Below, one piece after another: positions 24,075 to 37,815 of a stretch of 64,000 nt of DNA. Made by a program: the position numbers and the translations under genes. Source of the stretch: Octopus sinensis (Eukaryota); the NCBI RefSeq assembly GCF_006345805.1, contig NC_043006.1, positions 29,450,001 through 29,514,000 on the forward strand. The letters run 5' to 3'. Within the stretch, counting starts at the first letter, position 1, and every line of letters starts with the position of its first letter. The notes under the pieces were generated by a model that was not told the origin of the DNA, did no database searches, and worked only from the letters and a program-made list of their open reading frames with translations.

Positions 24075-24262
24075 TATATTCCAAGCAATTGGCACAATTG
24101 CTTCCTGTTTGTGTAAAAAACAGAACTGAAAGGTCAATGAACAGATCGAACTAGTTCTTTCAAAAGAAATTAATAGTCCAAGCAAGAACATATCCATTTT
24201 CAAAGCTATTTTATCAATAATTACTAAGTGATACAAGAAAAACCTGAATGAATATCACATAC

Positions 24263-24636
24263 CAGGGTCTTCATAAATTGGTGGCATTTTTGGTGGAGGT
24301 ATTGTTGGCTTCACAGTAGTAGTAGTAGTAGTAGTAGTAGTTGTTGTTGTTGTAGTTGGCTGTTGTGTAGTATTGGTGTTGGAGGTAGTGGTGGTGTTTT
24401 CTTCCGTATCATTTAATATCAACTTTATGTAGGATGACCCATTGGCTTCAACACATTTGCCATAGTCATGGGCACCGTAATTTTTATTGTATTTTTTATC
24501 AATAACTCGGAACACATTCCACTCATAGGTCAAGGCACTTGCATTATCACCACAGTTATCACATGTAGTTTCCAGTGTCAGTTTCTCATTGGCATTCATC
24601 ACATTGTTCACACATGTTGTACATGCAACCATCACA
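24263..24636 (-). CDS. PKD1L1-like exon 13 (374 nt, phase 2-1), REJ + Thr/Pro-rich insert
   Basis: CTTACAG/GTATGT; VACTTCVNN...TCDNC...LTYEWNVF...poly-Thr...PPPKMPPIYEDP. Confidence 0.9.
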
Positions 24637-25280
24637 CTGTAAGTAAAAAAATTTACAGCAATGAGAAAAATGATGCATTCATTATTTTGAATAAAATCAA
24701 TGAGAAAGAAATTTCATTGCTAAATTTTTAATCCAACAAAAATATGCAAATAGAAGAACAACAATAATGATTATAAAAAAAAAACAAAAACAAAAAAGGC
24801 TTAAGAAGGCTAAATAAGAGTTACAGAGTGAAGATACATGTATTTTGAGATAAATAAGGAATTCCTTAGTGTTATTTCATAACTTCTAATCAACCAGATG
24901 TTATGAAAATAAACCAGTGAGAACAGCTGTAGCTGGGCAACATTTAAACCACAAATCCTTTCTCTGACATCTAAACTATTTCATAATCAGCATCTTACAT
25001 ACATATCAGCCTGCTTGATCCACACCAGTTTTTATTTTATACTTTGTAATGCTGTGATTGAATTTATGTATGGTCAACCTTTTAAAAGAAAGAAAGCACC
25101 TGGTGAAAGAGAAATGTAACTGTTCTGTTAAATCAGATGATTTAGATGAAGTTCTGCCATTGGTTCCTTCACCAACAATATATAACCATTTCTGATATTT
25201 GCAACAGAGAGAATCCTGGAATCAATTTCGCTTAAATAGCACCTCAAACTGAAATAAGCCCATCATATATGTGTGTGTGT

Positions 25281-25820
25281 ATCATCATCATCATTTAACG
25301 TCTATTGTCCATGCTGGCATAGGTTGGATGGTATGACCAGGGCTGGCAAGCTGGAAGGCTGCACCAGACTCCAGCCTGATTTGGCATGATTTTCTACAGC
25401 TGGATGCACTTCCTAATGCCAACCACTCTGAGAGTGTAATGGGTGTTTTATGTGCGACTGGCACAAGTGCTATTTGTGTGACACCAATATCTGCCACGAC
25501 TGCATTTTTACTCAGCTTGATGGGTTGTCTTCTCAAGCACAACATAATGCCAATGGTCACAGTCACTGACTCTGTAAGGCCCACTTTGCCTCTGTGAGTT
25601 CCAACACTCAAAAGGTACTCTTTCAGTGCCAATTATGTGACACCAGCATGAGCCATGACTACAATTTTACTTGGCTTCACGGGCCTTCTCAAGCAGAGCA
25701 TATCACCAAAGGTCTCGGTTCCTAGTCATTGCCTCTTTGCGGCTCAAGTTTCAAAGATCATGCTTCACCACTTTGTCCTACATCTTTCTGGGTCTACCTC
25801 TAACACAGGTTCCCTCTACA
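25281..25820 (-). mobile_element. RTE LINE 3' end fragment
   Basis: (CAT)n tail, then the reverse complement of the ORF end (..AVLEK..). Confidence 0.8.
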
Positions 25821-26046
25821 GTTATGTATGTATTTGTGTGTGTCTTTGTCCCCCCCACACACACACCATCACTTGACAACTAATGCTGGTGTGTTTACAT
25901 CCCTTTAACTTAGTAGTTCGGCAAAAGAGACCAATAGAATAAGTACTAGGCTTACAAAGAATAAGTCCTGTGGTTGACTTGTTCAACTAATGGTGGTGCT
26001 CCAGCATGGCCGCAGTCAAATGACTGAAACAAGTAAAAGAATAAAA

Positions 26047-26080
<34 letters not shown>

Positions 26081-26959
26081 TTTAAGTTCATTTACAGGAA
26101 ATGTTTCTGCGTACACATATAAAAGCTCTTCGTTTATTATGTCGGCTGCAGTGAAGTGATTTCAACCTACAACACCAGTTTTATGGGGTTGTTCCGAGTT
26201 GTGCCAATATGATGTAGAATAAATTTATGTATTTTAAGGCAGACTTTCCAATTTTTGTGGTGACTATCTTCTGAAATATGCATCTCGTAATACTAACATG
26301 CTGTACTTTGATTTAAAATATCTTTCAAAATTCGAAATTCATTAATTCTTCAAATAACTTTCAAAAATTGTAATTCTTTAAATCTTTGCAATATTCTCTC
26401 TCTGTTTCATAACACATGTTGTCATGCTCTGCCATGATTCCCTCAGTGATCTCTCGCTCTCTCTCTCTAAAATTTGTAAACATTCTTGCCTTATTTTATT
26501 GCTTGTGCCTTTGTCATTCTTGTCATAATTTCCCCCAGTGATAAAGTCTTTCAAATGTCTCTCTTCCTCTGGTTCACTAGTGTCTTTTTACTGCTATTTC
26601 TACTTCCTGAGGTGAAGCTGGTCAATACTTATCTGCAATGTGCCCACCCATTCCCATCCCCACCACCTGTACCGGAAATCTCTTCTCTTATAACCAGAAG
26701 CCCCTACAAGGATCTGCCTCGCTTCTGTACCAGAAGACTTGCATACCTCTGTCCCTTCCTCACCACCACCATCAACCATCCACACTACTGCATGCACCAA
26801 AAGGAGATGTGTTACTTAGTAAATTAACAAACCACCTACCTCTTCTTTTCTCTTTCTCTCTAAATATAAAGCACCAACCAACAGCAGCTCAATTACTTAC
26901 TTGATTTAAACAGTCACCTTATTTAAGTTTGCAGCAGTAACACTTATATTTACAATGCT

Positions 26960-29900
26960 TACATTACGCTCATCCCCAATAGGAGCAACAATTTTAACAA
27001 GTTTGAATGATGGTAGGTTAAAGTGAGAACAACTGAGGTGACATATCTGTTATCAAACAATCATTGAAACCTTCTTTTCAGGTGTTGAATACCACCTCTC
27101 ATGCCCATGTCCCCTACCACATCCCTTCCCCAGTTTTCAGAGTTAGTACTTACTGTCAATGTAGGCACATTGAAAGGTAGGTCTAGTGAGATTGTAGAGA
27201 TGCTTGAATGGGGGCGAGTTGATGTATGTTGCATCTAAGAGGTGAGGTGGAGAGGAGCTTCAGCTAGATTCCTCACAGGCAACACTCATAGGTATAAAAT
27301 CGCCTGGGAAGGTAACAGTGACATGGTAGGTGGTGTGGGCATACATCTTGCAGAGAAATAGGTGGATAAGGTCATAGAGATAGTCGAAGTGTGCGATAGA
27401 GTACTTAAGCTCAGGCTAGTATTACAAAATAATAAAGTGACAATTATCTCTATACCCCAAGTGAGCCTACCAAATTAACAGGACTACTTTTATGATATTC
27501 TTCTGCAGGCTATCTCAAAGATGAGTGACAATGATTTCATTTTCATGGCTGAGGATTTTAATGGGCATGTCAGACTGCAGCCCAGTATCTTCCATGGTGT
27601 ACATGGGGGCCATGGATTGGTTCCTGATATGTAGAGGAAACAAGGCTACTAGAGTTCTGTGATGCAAATAACATATTGATCTACAACACCAACTTCAGGA
27701 AGCTAGCTACCAGATAACCTACCTATCAGGTGACTGTGCCAACCAGATCAATTACATTCTCACCAGAGAGTGGAGTGCATGGCTGCTCTTAAATACAAGG
27801 ACCCTCCCTGGTGAAGAATGTACCCCACAGCATAGCCTAGTCATTAGTGACTTTAGACTCCAGGCTAGAAGGATGTCAAGAAGCAGACCAATCTGGAAAA
27901 GAAATATTTGGAAGCTTAAGGACCCTTCATATTGACAGAGATTTAGGGATATCCTAATTGAGAAAGTTAATAAGAGGGTGGAGGAGACACAGACTTGTGA
28001 CATAGAGAGTAATTGGGTATTTCTGCAGGGTAGCTTGCTGTGTGCCGGGGACCAAATCTGTGACTGGTACAAAGTCACTGTGTGTGACATGGTGGAGGAA
28101 TGATGCTGTAGACAAGGTCATTAGAGCAAAGAAACAAGCCTAGAAGAGAAAGGTGTTTGCATGGATGATGGCACACTTGCATTTAATGATTCTGCAAAGA
28201 AAGAGGCCAGCAAATGCCATAATAAAAGACTGCTGAATGTGGAGAATGAAAGCAGGAGAGTTTGCCAAATGTTGATCCAATTGAGTGACCAGCGACCCAA
28301 ATTGACAGTTCTTTGGTAGATAAAGTAATTAAGGATATGAAGACAGGAAAATTCCCGTCCATCAGAAATCACTGCTGAGCTGCTTAAAATATCTGGTAGT
28401 GCAGATTATGGTTTAGTCACTTGTATTGTAAATCAACTGGTTCAAGAACGAGTCAGATGCAATGACTGGTGTAGCAGCACCATAGTCAACTGCTACGAAA
28501 GTAAAGGTGAAGCTTTAGACAGAAATAATTACAGAGGTATGAAATTGTTGGATCAGGTGATGAAAGTTATGGATAAGATTATAGCCCAACTAATTAGGGA
28601 GAGAGTTAGTCTAGATGAGATGCAGTTTGGGTTTGTGCCAGGCAGAAGCACCACCGATGCTATATTTCTGGTAAGACACCTACAGGTGAAATATATAGCC
28701 ACAGATAAACGTCTGTACTTAGCATTTGTTGACTTGGAGAAAGCCTTTGACAGGGTCAATTGATTCCTTATCTGGTAGTCAATGCAGAAACTAGGGATAG
28801 ATGAGTGGTTGGTGAGCACTGTACAAGCCATGTACAGGGACACCACCAGTAAGGTGAGGGCTGGCAATGAACAAGTAAAGGTTCACTGAGGATCAGTCCT
28901 CAGCCCCTTGTTGTTCATCATAGTCCTCCAGGCAATAACAGAGGAACTTAAGACAGGCTGTCCCTGGGGGTTCCTCTCTGCTGTTGACCTTGCTCTTATA
29001 GTTGAATCACTAACAGGACTAGAGAAGAAGCTTCAGGTATGGAAGCAAGGCCTAGAATTGAAGGGCCTTAGAGTTAATCTAGCAAAAGCCAAAGTCTTAG
29101 TAAGTAGAAAGGCAGACAAATTACAAATACCTTTAGGTAGATGGCCCTGTTTGATCTGTAGAAAAGATGTAGGTAGAAACTCCATAAGAGGTACCCAGTG
29201 TAAGCTTTGGACACATAAGAGGTACAGTAATATTAGAGGAAGGTTAACAAGGAAATTAGCTATTGTGTGTGGAGGATGCACAGGTACAATCAGCACCAAA
29301 AATGTACAGAAAATAGACTCTATCATCTGCCAGAGGGGTAAGCTAGAGGTAGTGTATAGCTTTCACTATCTAGGTGACTAAGAAGCAGAGGTGGATACTC
29401 CGAGAAAGTAGCTGTGAGAACAAGCTCCTACTTCTGCTGGCAATAAATGCCTCTCTCGCAGTGAAAGGCAGATTGTATGATGCCTGTGTGTGAAAATCTA
29501 TGCTACACGGCAGTGAAACAACCAAGGATGTATGAAGGCTTGAAAGAAATGTAGCCAGTATGCTTCACTGGATGTAAAATGTCAGTGTGCAAATTCGACA
29601 AAGTGTAAACATCTTGAGAGAATAAGTTGGGTATAAGAGCAATGAGATGTGGTGTGCAACAGAGACGACTGCACTAGTATGGTCATGTGATGCATATGGA
29701 CGAGGACAGCCATGTAAAGAAGTGCCGATATCTAACTGTGGAGGGAACCTGTGGTAGAGGTAGACCCAGGAAGATGTGGCATGAGGTGGTGAAGTATAAT
29801 CTTCAAATTTTGGGCCTCACAGGGACAATGGCTAGCAACTGAGACCTTTGATGTTATGCTGCACTTGAGAAGACCCGTCAATCAAGTGAAATTGTAGTCA

Positions 29901-30318
29901 TGGCTGATGCTGGTTTCACATAACTCCTACCCATGCTAGTGGCACATAAAAAGCATCTTTTGAGCATTGGTCCTCATGGAAGCAAAGTGGCTGAGCTCCT
30001 TTCAAGTGTTGGGCCTCACAGAGGTGATGTCCAAGACCTGTAGATGGCATTATGCTGTGCTTGAGAAGAAGATGCATCAAGCCAAGTCAAATCGTAGTCT
30101 TGGCAAATACTGGTGTAATGCAAATGGCACCTGTGCTGGCAGCATGTAAAAGCAGCCATTACACTCTCAGAGTGGTTGGTGTTAGGAAGGGCATCCGGCC
30201 ATGGAAACCATGTCAAATTAGACTACAGTCTGGTGCAGCCTTCCAGTCTTGATCAAACCATCCAATCCATGCCAGCATGGACAATAGACACGAAATGATG
30301 ATGATGATGATGATGATA
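26960..30318 (+). mobile_element. Near-full-length decayed RTE-clade LINE (APE endonuclease + RT with PHD insert)
   Basis: TVNVGTL..EVRW, (G)DFNGHV, NYRGMKLL, QFGFVPGRSTTDAIF, FVDLEKAFDRV, YLGD, GRGRPRK, (GAT)n tail; many stops; 5' boundary approximate. Confidence 0.9.
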
Positions 30319-30552
30319 TGTATGTATGTATGCATGTATGTATAGGAATGCAGGTTATGGTCACAAAAATACGTGATTTGTGGAAGTGTGCATAACAATA
30401 CTTTAAAGTATTTATAAATTCCATCCATGGATTATTATTATAATTATTATTACTATACACACACATATATTTTATAGATATATACTGCATACACACACAC
30501 ACACACATATATATATATACATACACTGTATATACACACACAAACACACATA

Positions 30553-31670
30553 TCTAGTATACATAAATCACAGTATGTGCGTGTACAATGACTAATGCAT
30601 ACATTTCCACAATTCTCAACCGATTTTCACCAAACTTTACACACACATTACTTATGTTGTAAGGATGGTCATGCACTATAACATTTTGCCCAGAGCTCCT
30701 ACGTAAATGGACGAACCAGGAAAAACTGGTTTACACAGGTTTTTCTCTAATTTGTTGTATGTACATAATTTTTTTTTTGTATGTAGGGTCTTCCAAACTT
30801 TTTTAATCTATTTGGTCGTATGTTGGCATTAGAGAATATTTTGTAGTGGTTTTCACATTTTTTGATTTATTATTTATATGCTGTAATTGTGTATTATTAC
30901 TTTCTATATTTTTTTATATGTATATTGGTGTGTATTTGAGCTTGAGTGTTTTGGTTAGAGAATATTGTAAAAGTGAAAGGATTTTGTCTGTTTATTCATT
31001 TCAACTGTTTTCCATAATTTTTTAATCTATATGGTTGCATTACAGAATATTTTTTTAGTTATTTCAACATTTTAAAAAATTTATTATTTGTCTGCCTCAC
31101 AACACAGCATCTTTTCACTGTGAAGTAAAACTCTTCACGTCTTCATTTTTCGTTACCTGAAGTCAATTTCAGAGTGGTCATACACTGTAAGAATGTAGCA
31201 AATACATTCCTTTAACTCTACTTATTCAAATAGGTATTATGCTGACGTTTTAATGTACCAATCATACTTCTCTCCCACAAAATAGTTCCCTTTGCTGTTG
31301 AATAAAATAAACTTGCAGAGGGGAAGTTTCAACATCTTCCTTCAATTTCCTTACGCCATTTATGTGGTTGTTTCTGACAAGAAATTTCTCTTTCATGTAA
31401 AACAACTATATTTGTAGCCATTATCCGTAATCTACTCCCAAAATACTTCAGTAGCTCTACTTTGCATCGCTTGCAAACTTATATGTTCTATGATCATTAA
31501 AGTGTAACGACCTCCACACTAACCAGCCTTCAATTTCATTTTCTGTTCCTAGGTTAATGGGAAACATAGATTGCCATGTTACTTGTAAACCTTCTAGGTA
31601 GTTCAATTATTTGGTGAAAATATACCACCAAGGCAACTTAAACTGTCCAATGGACAATTGCGTTTGCTAG
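30553..31670 (+). mobile_element. Non-autonomous Helitron-like element
   Basis: A|TC 5' end, subterminal hairpin TGTCCA-A-TGGACA, CTAG|T 3' end, no TSD. Confidence 0.6.
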
Positions 31671-31723
31671 TGTGTATGTATATACACACACATATATATA
31701 TATATATACATACACACACACAA

Positions 31724-31880
31724 AATGGGATTCTTTCATTTTTCTCTCTACCAAACTCACAAGGCTTTGATTAATCCGAGGCTGTCATAAAAGACACTTG
31801 CTCAAGGTGCCACACAGTGGGGTTGAACCTGGAACTATGTGGTTGGGAAGCAAATTTCTTACCACACAGCTATGCCTGTG
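31724..31880 (-). mobile_element. tRNA-derived SINE, family A
   Basis: GACACTTGCTCAAGGTGCCACACAGTGGGGTTGAACC. Confidence 0.72.
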
Positions 31881-32609
31881 ATATTATACACAGACACACA
31901 CATGTCTGTGTGTATTTGTATGTCCACTCTGTTGATACTCCAAGCTTCTCATTGAATAATGAACTTTTATGATAAGTATTAATTATCTCCTAATTCTAAT
32001 TATTGATTATCTTTCACTCAATTCTGAATCTAAATGTATATATACATATATCCCTTCTCTTCATGGTGATGTTTCTATATTGGCGTCTTTGTACTTGGAC
32101 TACATCACAAAACCATCCAGTTTCACATTGGCTTCTATAAAGATCTCAGAATGATGATCATGTAACAAGATCTAGTAGCCTTTCAAACACCATGAACAGA
32201 AGATGGAAAGACAACATCAAGGAAAGGAAGGCAACTCTTAATAAAGAGCTGAGCTCTTTTCAAGCAGTCCACAAGAAATGGTGAAGACTGGTATACAATA
32301 TGTCATGACAGAGGACTTATAATTGCACTGTGAATTGAGGTGTCCAAGTAAGCAATACATTTTATCAGTTATTGTGGTGTAAAATTACACTTGGTGAATA
32401 TATGTCAAACTTGAATGTAAAACTACTCTGTACAAATAAAGAGTAATGAGATTAAATGTCCAGTAGTAATTAAATGTTGCTCTTCACAATGGTATATTTA
32501 GCATTTTAGTTTGTAGTCTTTCTCTTCAAATTTTTCCTTCCTTCAGAAAATCTAAACACAGACATAAACAGATAAAGAGAATAATAATTAATAGAGTGAA
32601 ATATCTTAC

Positions 32610-32837
32610 TTTAGAATATTTGGTATGTGCGAGGCAAAAAGAACTTGAGATACTACCACTTTCTCAGAATTTGGAACAGAGACAGTAAGCCGAAACTCAA
32701 AATCATTCAGTCCAGTTTTCAAAGAGCTACCAGGAAATACTAAGATGGATTCATTCTTCACAATGTTGTTATCATTGAAAGTATCATTGAAACAGGTAGA
32801 ATTTTTCCTCTCTAAATTCAAACAGTGCCATTGATAT
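32610..32837 (-). CDS. PKD1L1-like exon 12 (228 nt, phase 2-2), REJ
   Basis: TTTACAG/GTAAGA; YQWHC...STCF...FEFRLTVS. Confidence 0.9.
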
Positions 32838-34036
32838 CTGTAAAGAGTCCAAACATTGTCACTGGTTACATCTAACATTGTAATGGTAATAAAATTCCTC
32901 TAAATAAAATTTCTTCAATGTAAAAACAGATCAATAAGAAAACTTATCATGATTAAAGAATAAAGAACAAAAAAGTTTGAGTTTGAAGTGTAAAAGTGAC
33001 TATATTTAAGGGAGAAGTGAGAACTCTATTGTATTCTTCTTTGTCTATACCTAGTTAAATTTAATTTTTAATAGCATTTCAAATTAACTGGTAATTTCTA
33101 AAAAAACTGTTGACAACATCCTATGATTCAATGTGGTCAGTTAATTATTTATTTTCATTTCATTTATCCATATGAAGTTGTCAGTTAAGAATAAAAATCT
33201 ATTATATTCACACGGTGATAATAGTGGATGGGTTAGGAAATATGTGAACATCTAGACCAAAGAGACAATGGTTTATATCTGGTTATTTTACTGTATTGGA
33301 GTCTCTGGTAAATATATTTCTCTGTGAGTTCACTTTACTGTATGTAAATGAGAGGTAGAATGCACTACTGTAAATAACCACAAACAATTGTAATAGTGAA
33401 CCTGGAGAGAGTAACAGAAAATCTGTCTCCTTTTGAGCCACTACAATAAAAATGAAACTCTCAATGATGTTCTAAAAGTAATGGTTATTCTTGAATTAAG
33501 TTACTATTAGGCAGGAGAAAAAAAAGTTACTCTGCATGGGCAAGGAATTTTACTGTAAAATCTCCAATGCAAACATAGTCAGAGAAATTATTTTCACATC
33601 ATTGTATATTACTAAGCATTTAGAATTGACAGTTGAAGTGGTAGCTGTTGTCACCTAAGCAGACTGAGGCCAAAAGAATTGTGTGCTTTGGTAAGATTTG
33701 AAGTAATAATTGATTCTGAGCAGAGTAAAATGATCTCAAATTACGCTTAAATGTATAGGAAAAACAGTAACTGATTCACTGTTTTAAGAATTATCCAAAT
33801 ACATGCTTAACTACAACAATAATGAAAATAATGTCTTACACTAGCACAAGATATCAGATATGGAGAGGAGGAGGTAGAGTTTAATTATTACCTCTGTTAC
33901 TAGCCTCAGGGAAATAAGGGGTAATGTCAACAGAATGTAAAAGGATGAAAATGTATAGGCAAGTGCTTGATATTATTGCAAGGGAAGTGTTTTTAAGAAA
34001 AAAGTTAAAAAAAACAAACAAATTAAATGAAATTAC

Positions 34037-34218
34037 CTGAGATGGCTGTTAGTTAGTGAATCTGGATCTCTGGAATATGATCCATCAAGAACAATTTTTT
34101 TTGATGCACGTGATACATATCGCATGATACCACCTACAATGATGCCATGGAGAGGGGATGGTATAACAGTGAGACCCATCCTTACTTTGGTGTACACAAT
34201 TGTTCCATCAATTTTCAC
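34037..34218 (-). CDS. PKD1L1-like exon 11 (182 nt, phase 0-2), REJ
   Basis: AG/GTAATT; PSPLHGIIVGG...LDGSYSRDPD, a REJ hallmark. Confidence 0.92.
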
Positions 34219-35669
34219 CTTTCAATAAAAAAAAGTATAAAATATGCATTAATACAAGTTTTGCCAACATTATACTCTTTTTTTAAGTTCATCTCAACAG
34301 ATTTTCTATAGAATTCAGAGCCAGCACTGAAGATAACAACATTTTGTACACAAATACATTCATGTAAACAATGCGATTGAAGATAGCAAAATAGGTAATG
34401 GGTGTATATGCACATTTCAAAAATTTATTGCTCTTTCATCAGTGCTACATCCACCTCATCAACTATCCACAAAAGCATTGCTTAAATACCTACTAAATTT
34501 AACCGTGTAACACCACTTGATATACCAATTGACATATTAAACAAATTTCTGGCAAGTGGTATGTAAATTTTAATTGTTAGCAAGGACACAGTATTTCATT
34601 TTCCAACCATAATATATTAAAGTTTTTTAAGTGAACATTGTGCCTACTCTGTGTTAGCAGTGCATTGTTTTCATGTGCTGGCACTGAGCACTATAGAAAA
34701 TTTGTAGAGATAAACTTCATAAAAACAATTATGGTTTCAAAATGAAATAGTGTGTCTTTGTCTGGTCAACATATGACCTTTAGCAATACAAGCTGGAAAC
34801 ACTGTATCACATGACCGGAATAGTGACAAAACTATATCCACATGCATCTTTAATCTGAGGACGTGAGGTAAATAAATTTATTCCTTTGTAAACTCAGACT
34901 CAAGCAATGAAATTTTCTTATCACTGAAGGTTGAATGTAGTTGTTTATGATTATCAATAATTACCAATGTAATTAAAACAGAACTGGTAGAAGCTCTTGT
35001 AGATAAAATTGTTGGTTTGTGGATTAGCTTCCAGGAGCATTCCGTTGCTTGGCATGTCTGCTTCATCCTCATCACTACTAAACGTTTGCCTTCCATGCTG
35101 GCATGGAGCTAATTAGCTTTCTAGTGGTAACTATCATTAACAATGAATTTGTGGTTCCAAACGTTCGACTATGTTCTCCAAGATTATTCTTTGCAGCACA
35201 GCTTTAAATCATAATGTAAAAATTCATATTTATATATGAAATCATCAAGTCTGGGTGAAATGGCTTTTGAAGATAATTCGTCTTCATCATTATTTAATGT
35301 CCATCATCATGTTGTTGTTGATGGTAGTGAAGAAGAAGATGATGATGATGATGATGATGATGATTATGATCTTCCAAAACTATGAGTTTTTAGAGATTTT
35401 TTTTTGTTTTTTTTTACATGAAGGTGAAGTTTCTTCTGGGTGTACTCAATAAATCACAGTCAAAATAAGTAATTTTAATGATGAAAGACATAGCAGTGAA
35501 TGAGATGAGAAAATGAGTAAGAAAGAATGAAAGAGAGAGAGAGAGAGTGAATGAGAGAAATGAACAGATAGTAAAAGGGTCAAGATTGAATATAGTTAAG
35601 TATTTTTGAAACAGAAGAGTATGATGTAAAAGTCATAGAAAGTAAGGAATCTAAAATATGATGACTTAC

Positions 35670-35879
35670 CTCTAAATCAACTGTATAATTTCCATATTGA
35701 AGAGTCAGCCTTGGAAGGAAAAGGATTCTCTCTTCAAATACTTCCTTTGCAATGTTTTTCGGTTGCACTATTTCACCAGTTGTTTTATTTTTGATTGTCC
35801 AAATATAACTAATGTCTCTTTTATTGGAGCAGTCAACTGACACAACTGGTTCAATATGGACATCTTTGGAACGCTGGAC
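35670..35879 (-). CDS. PKD1L1-like exon 10 (210 nt, phase 0-0), REJ
   Basis: TACTAG/GTAAGT; VQRSKDVHIEPVVSVDC...YIW...LFLPRLTLQYGNYTVDLE. Confidence 0.9.
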
Positions 35880-36757
35880 CTAGTAACATCATATTGATAG
35901 GGTTTATAGTTTAAAAAAGAAATTGAAGACAATTATTTTACTTTGTATCTTTTAAGATTGTTCTAAATTATATGCCTAGTTAGACTATGGAAGTTGAATA
36001 AGTGTATGAGTTATAAAAGACTTCTCATTATTTAAGACAAGAAATTATGAAAGCATTTCAGGTTATTTGAAATTAGATACATAGTAACTATAAAGAAACC
36101 AAATAAATATTGTTAGCATTTAAATGAGTTTCACTAATATGTGCCTCTAATATAACCTTGTAAAACTAATCAATATCGTTGATAAGAATATAGTTCCAAA
36201 CAAAATGATAAATAGCTAGCAGTCAAAATAACCTTCAAAATATACCAACAGCTTCACACCAAGTATAAATCATTGCACTGCAGGACAATTCAAGATGGCT
36301 GATTCATTAAGTTGTCAGTCTACTAGAAGCAGAACTGATTTACCATTTTAGAACCACACTGTGCCCAAGAGAAATGCCTCGCTACTGCATGTTACCTAAT
36401 TATGCCATGCAGAGTTACATTATAGACTCAAATCTTACCACAGATACTTGGAGAAAGACAGACACTGCCAAGAGTGTTATCATCAAAGTCAAGCCAAGAT
36501 ATTGTATTGATGTAAACAAGGAGTCAATCAATCAACCAATATTGAACAGTTGAGAGATATATCTTAATAGAATTATTTTGTGTTAATGTACTGATCACAA
36601 GAGAAGTTACAGTGAAATACAAAGTTAGTTCAAAGGCCAATTAATTCTAAAAAAAATAATTTATAATGAAAGAGAAAATGGGAATATGTGCCAGTTGTAC
36701 AAGAACTTCCTGTAGAGATCAGCATAGATGCATTTACATGGTTAAAAAGACACTTAC

Positions 36758-36890
36758 TATCTGATTGTTGGATCCAAGGATATTAACTTCTGGTGGGTTG
36801 CAAGGATATTCCAGTACAAACAACTTTTTGGTGTCAACACTTTTGCTGATTTCATTAAACACTGTCAAAATCACATCATATATACCAGTT
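36758..36890 (-). CDS. PKD1L1-like exon 9 (133 nt, phase 2-0), last PKD repeat / REJ start
   Basis: CTTCAG/GTAAGT; TGIYDVILTVFNEISKS...LEYPCNPPEVNI. Confidence 0.92.
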
Positions 36891-37010
36891 CTGAAGAACA
36901 ACAATACAAAGACTAATTTATAACTCAACAAATTCACTGAAAGTTATAATCCAACTGCAATACAGTAAATAATATGGAATAAATATCTTAATCATTATCA
37001 TACTAATCTA

Positions 37011-37432
37011 CAGGGTGCGATGGGTAAATTGTCGCCATTTCATATTTTTAATTTCGTGCATGTGCATGTTTGTTTCTGATTTTGTTGGCTGCACAGTACA
37101 GTAGGGTCTGTTGGGCAGTGTCTGTGAGAAAAACAGCACCATGGTGCAATTCACCCTGCCAGACATTTGGAAATGACATGCTGTACTGCTTGGCATTCAT
37201 GCCGGAAGTGATAAAAATCAAATGTCCAGTCAACATCATAGTGCCTGGAGCAATCACTAATGATGGCAATGTTATGCCTCAATTCATCTTCCCACATGGC
37301 CTGAGACTCAACACAGAAGCCTACATCAAGTGTGTGGAGGAGGTAATGCTGCCCTAGGTTGAAAAGGTGGCTACTGGAAGACCCTGTCTGGCAACAGGAC
37401 TCTGTACAATGCTACACAAGCAAGAGAACCAC
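37011..37432 (+). mobile_element. maT/Tc1-like non-autonomous remnant
   Basis: TA|CAGGGTGCGATGGGTAAATTG terminus; GAITNDGNVMPQFIFPHGLRLNTEAYIKCVEEV..WQQDS. Confidence 0.8.
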
Positions 37433-37575
37433 AAGTTTAGTATTGTCTTATTCATTTGACATTGATCTGTTTATCCTCAATCCACATCAAACCCCAACAG
37501 AGTATCTCAGACAAATCCAGACAATTTATCCCACATAATAATACATTAAAAAAATTAAAATAAGATATACTAAAC

Positions 37576-37815
37576 CTGTTGAATTTATGATAGACTGTTT
37601 TCTCTGTTTCCTCAGGTGTGCCATCACCAAAGTTCCACCGAAAATTTAAATCAGATCCCGAGTAGTAGTACGATGAAAACTTAATTAAAGAGTCAACAAT
37701 TACCGGACCAGACATGGTCATTTCTAATGATGATATTTTGGAGAATATTTGAACTTCGAGAGGTTCTGAAATTGCATGACTAAAGTCATTAAATGCTGTT
37801 GCTGTCACAGTGTAT
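37576..37815 (-). CDS. PKD1L1-like exon 8 (240 nt, phase 2-2), PKD repeat
   Basis: TTCCCAG/GTTTAG; YTVTATAFN...GSDLNFRWNFGDGTPEE...HKFN. Confidence 0.92.
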
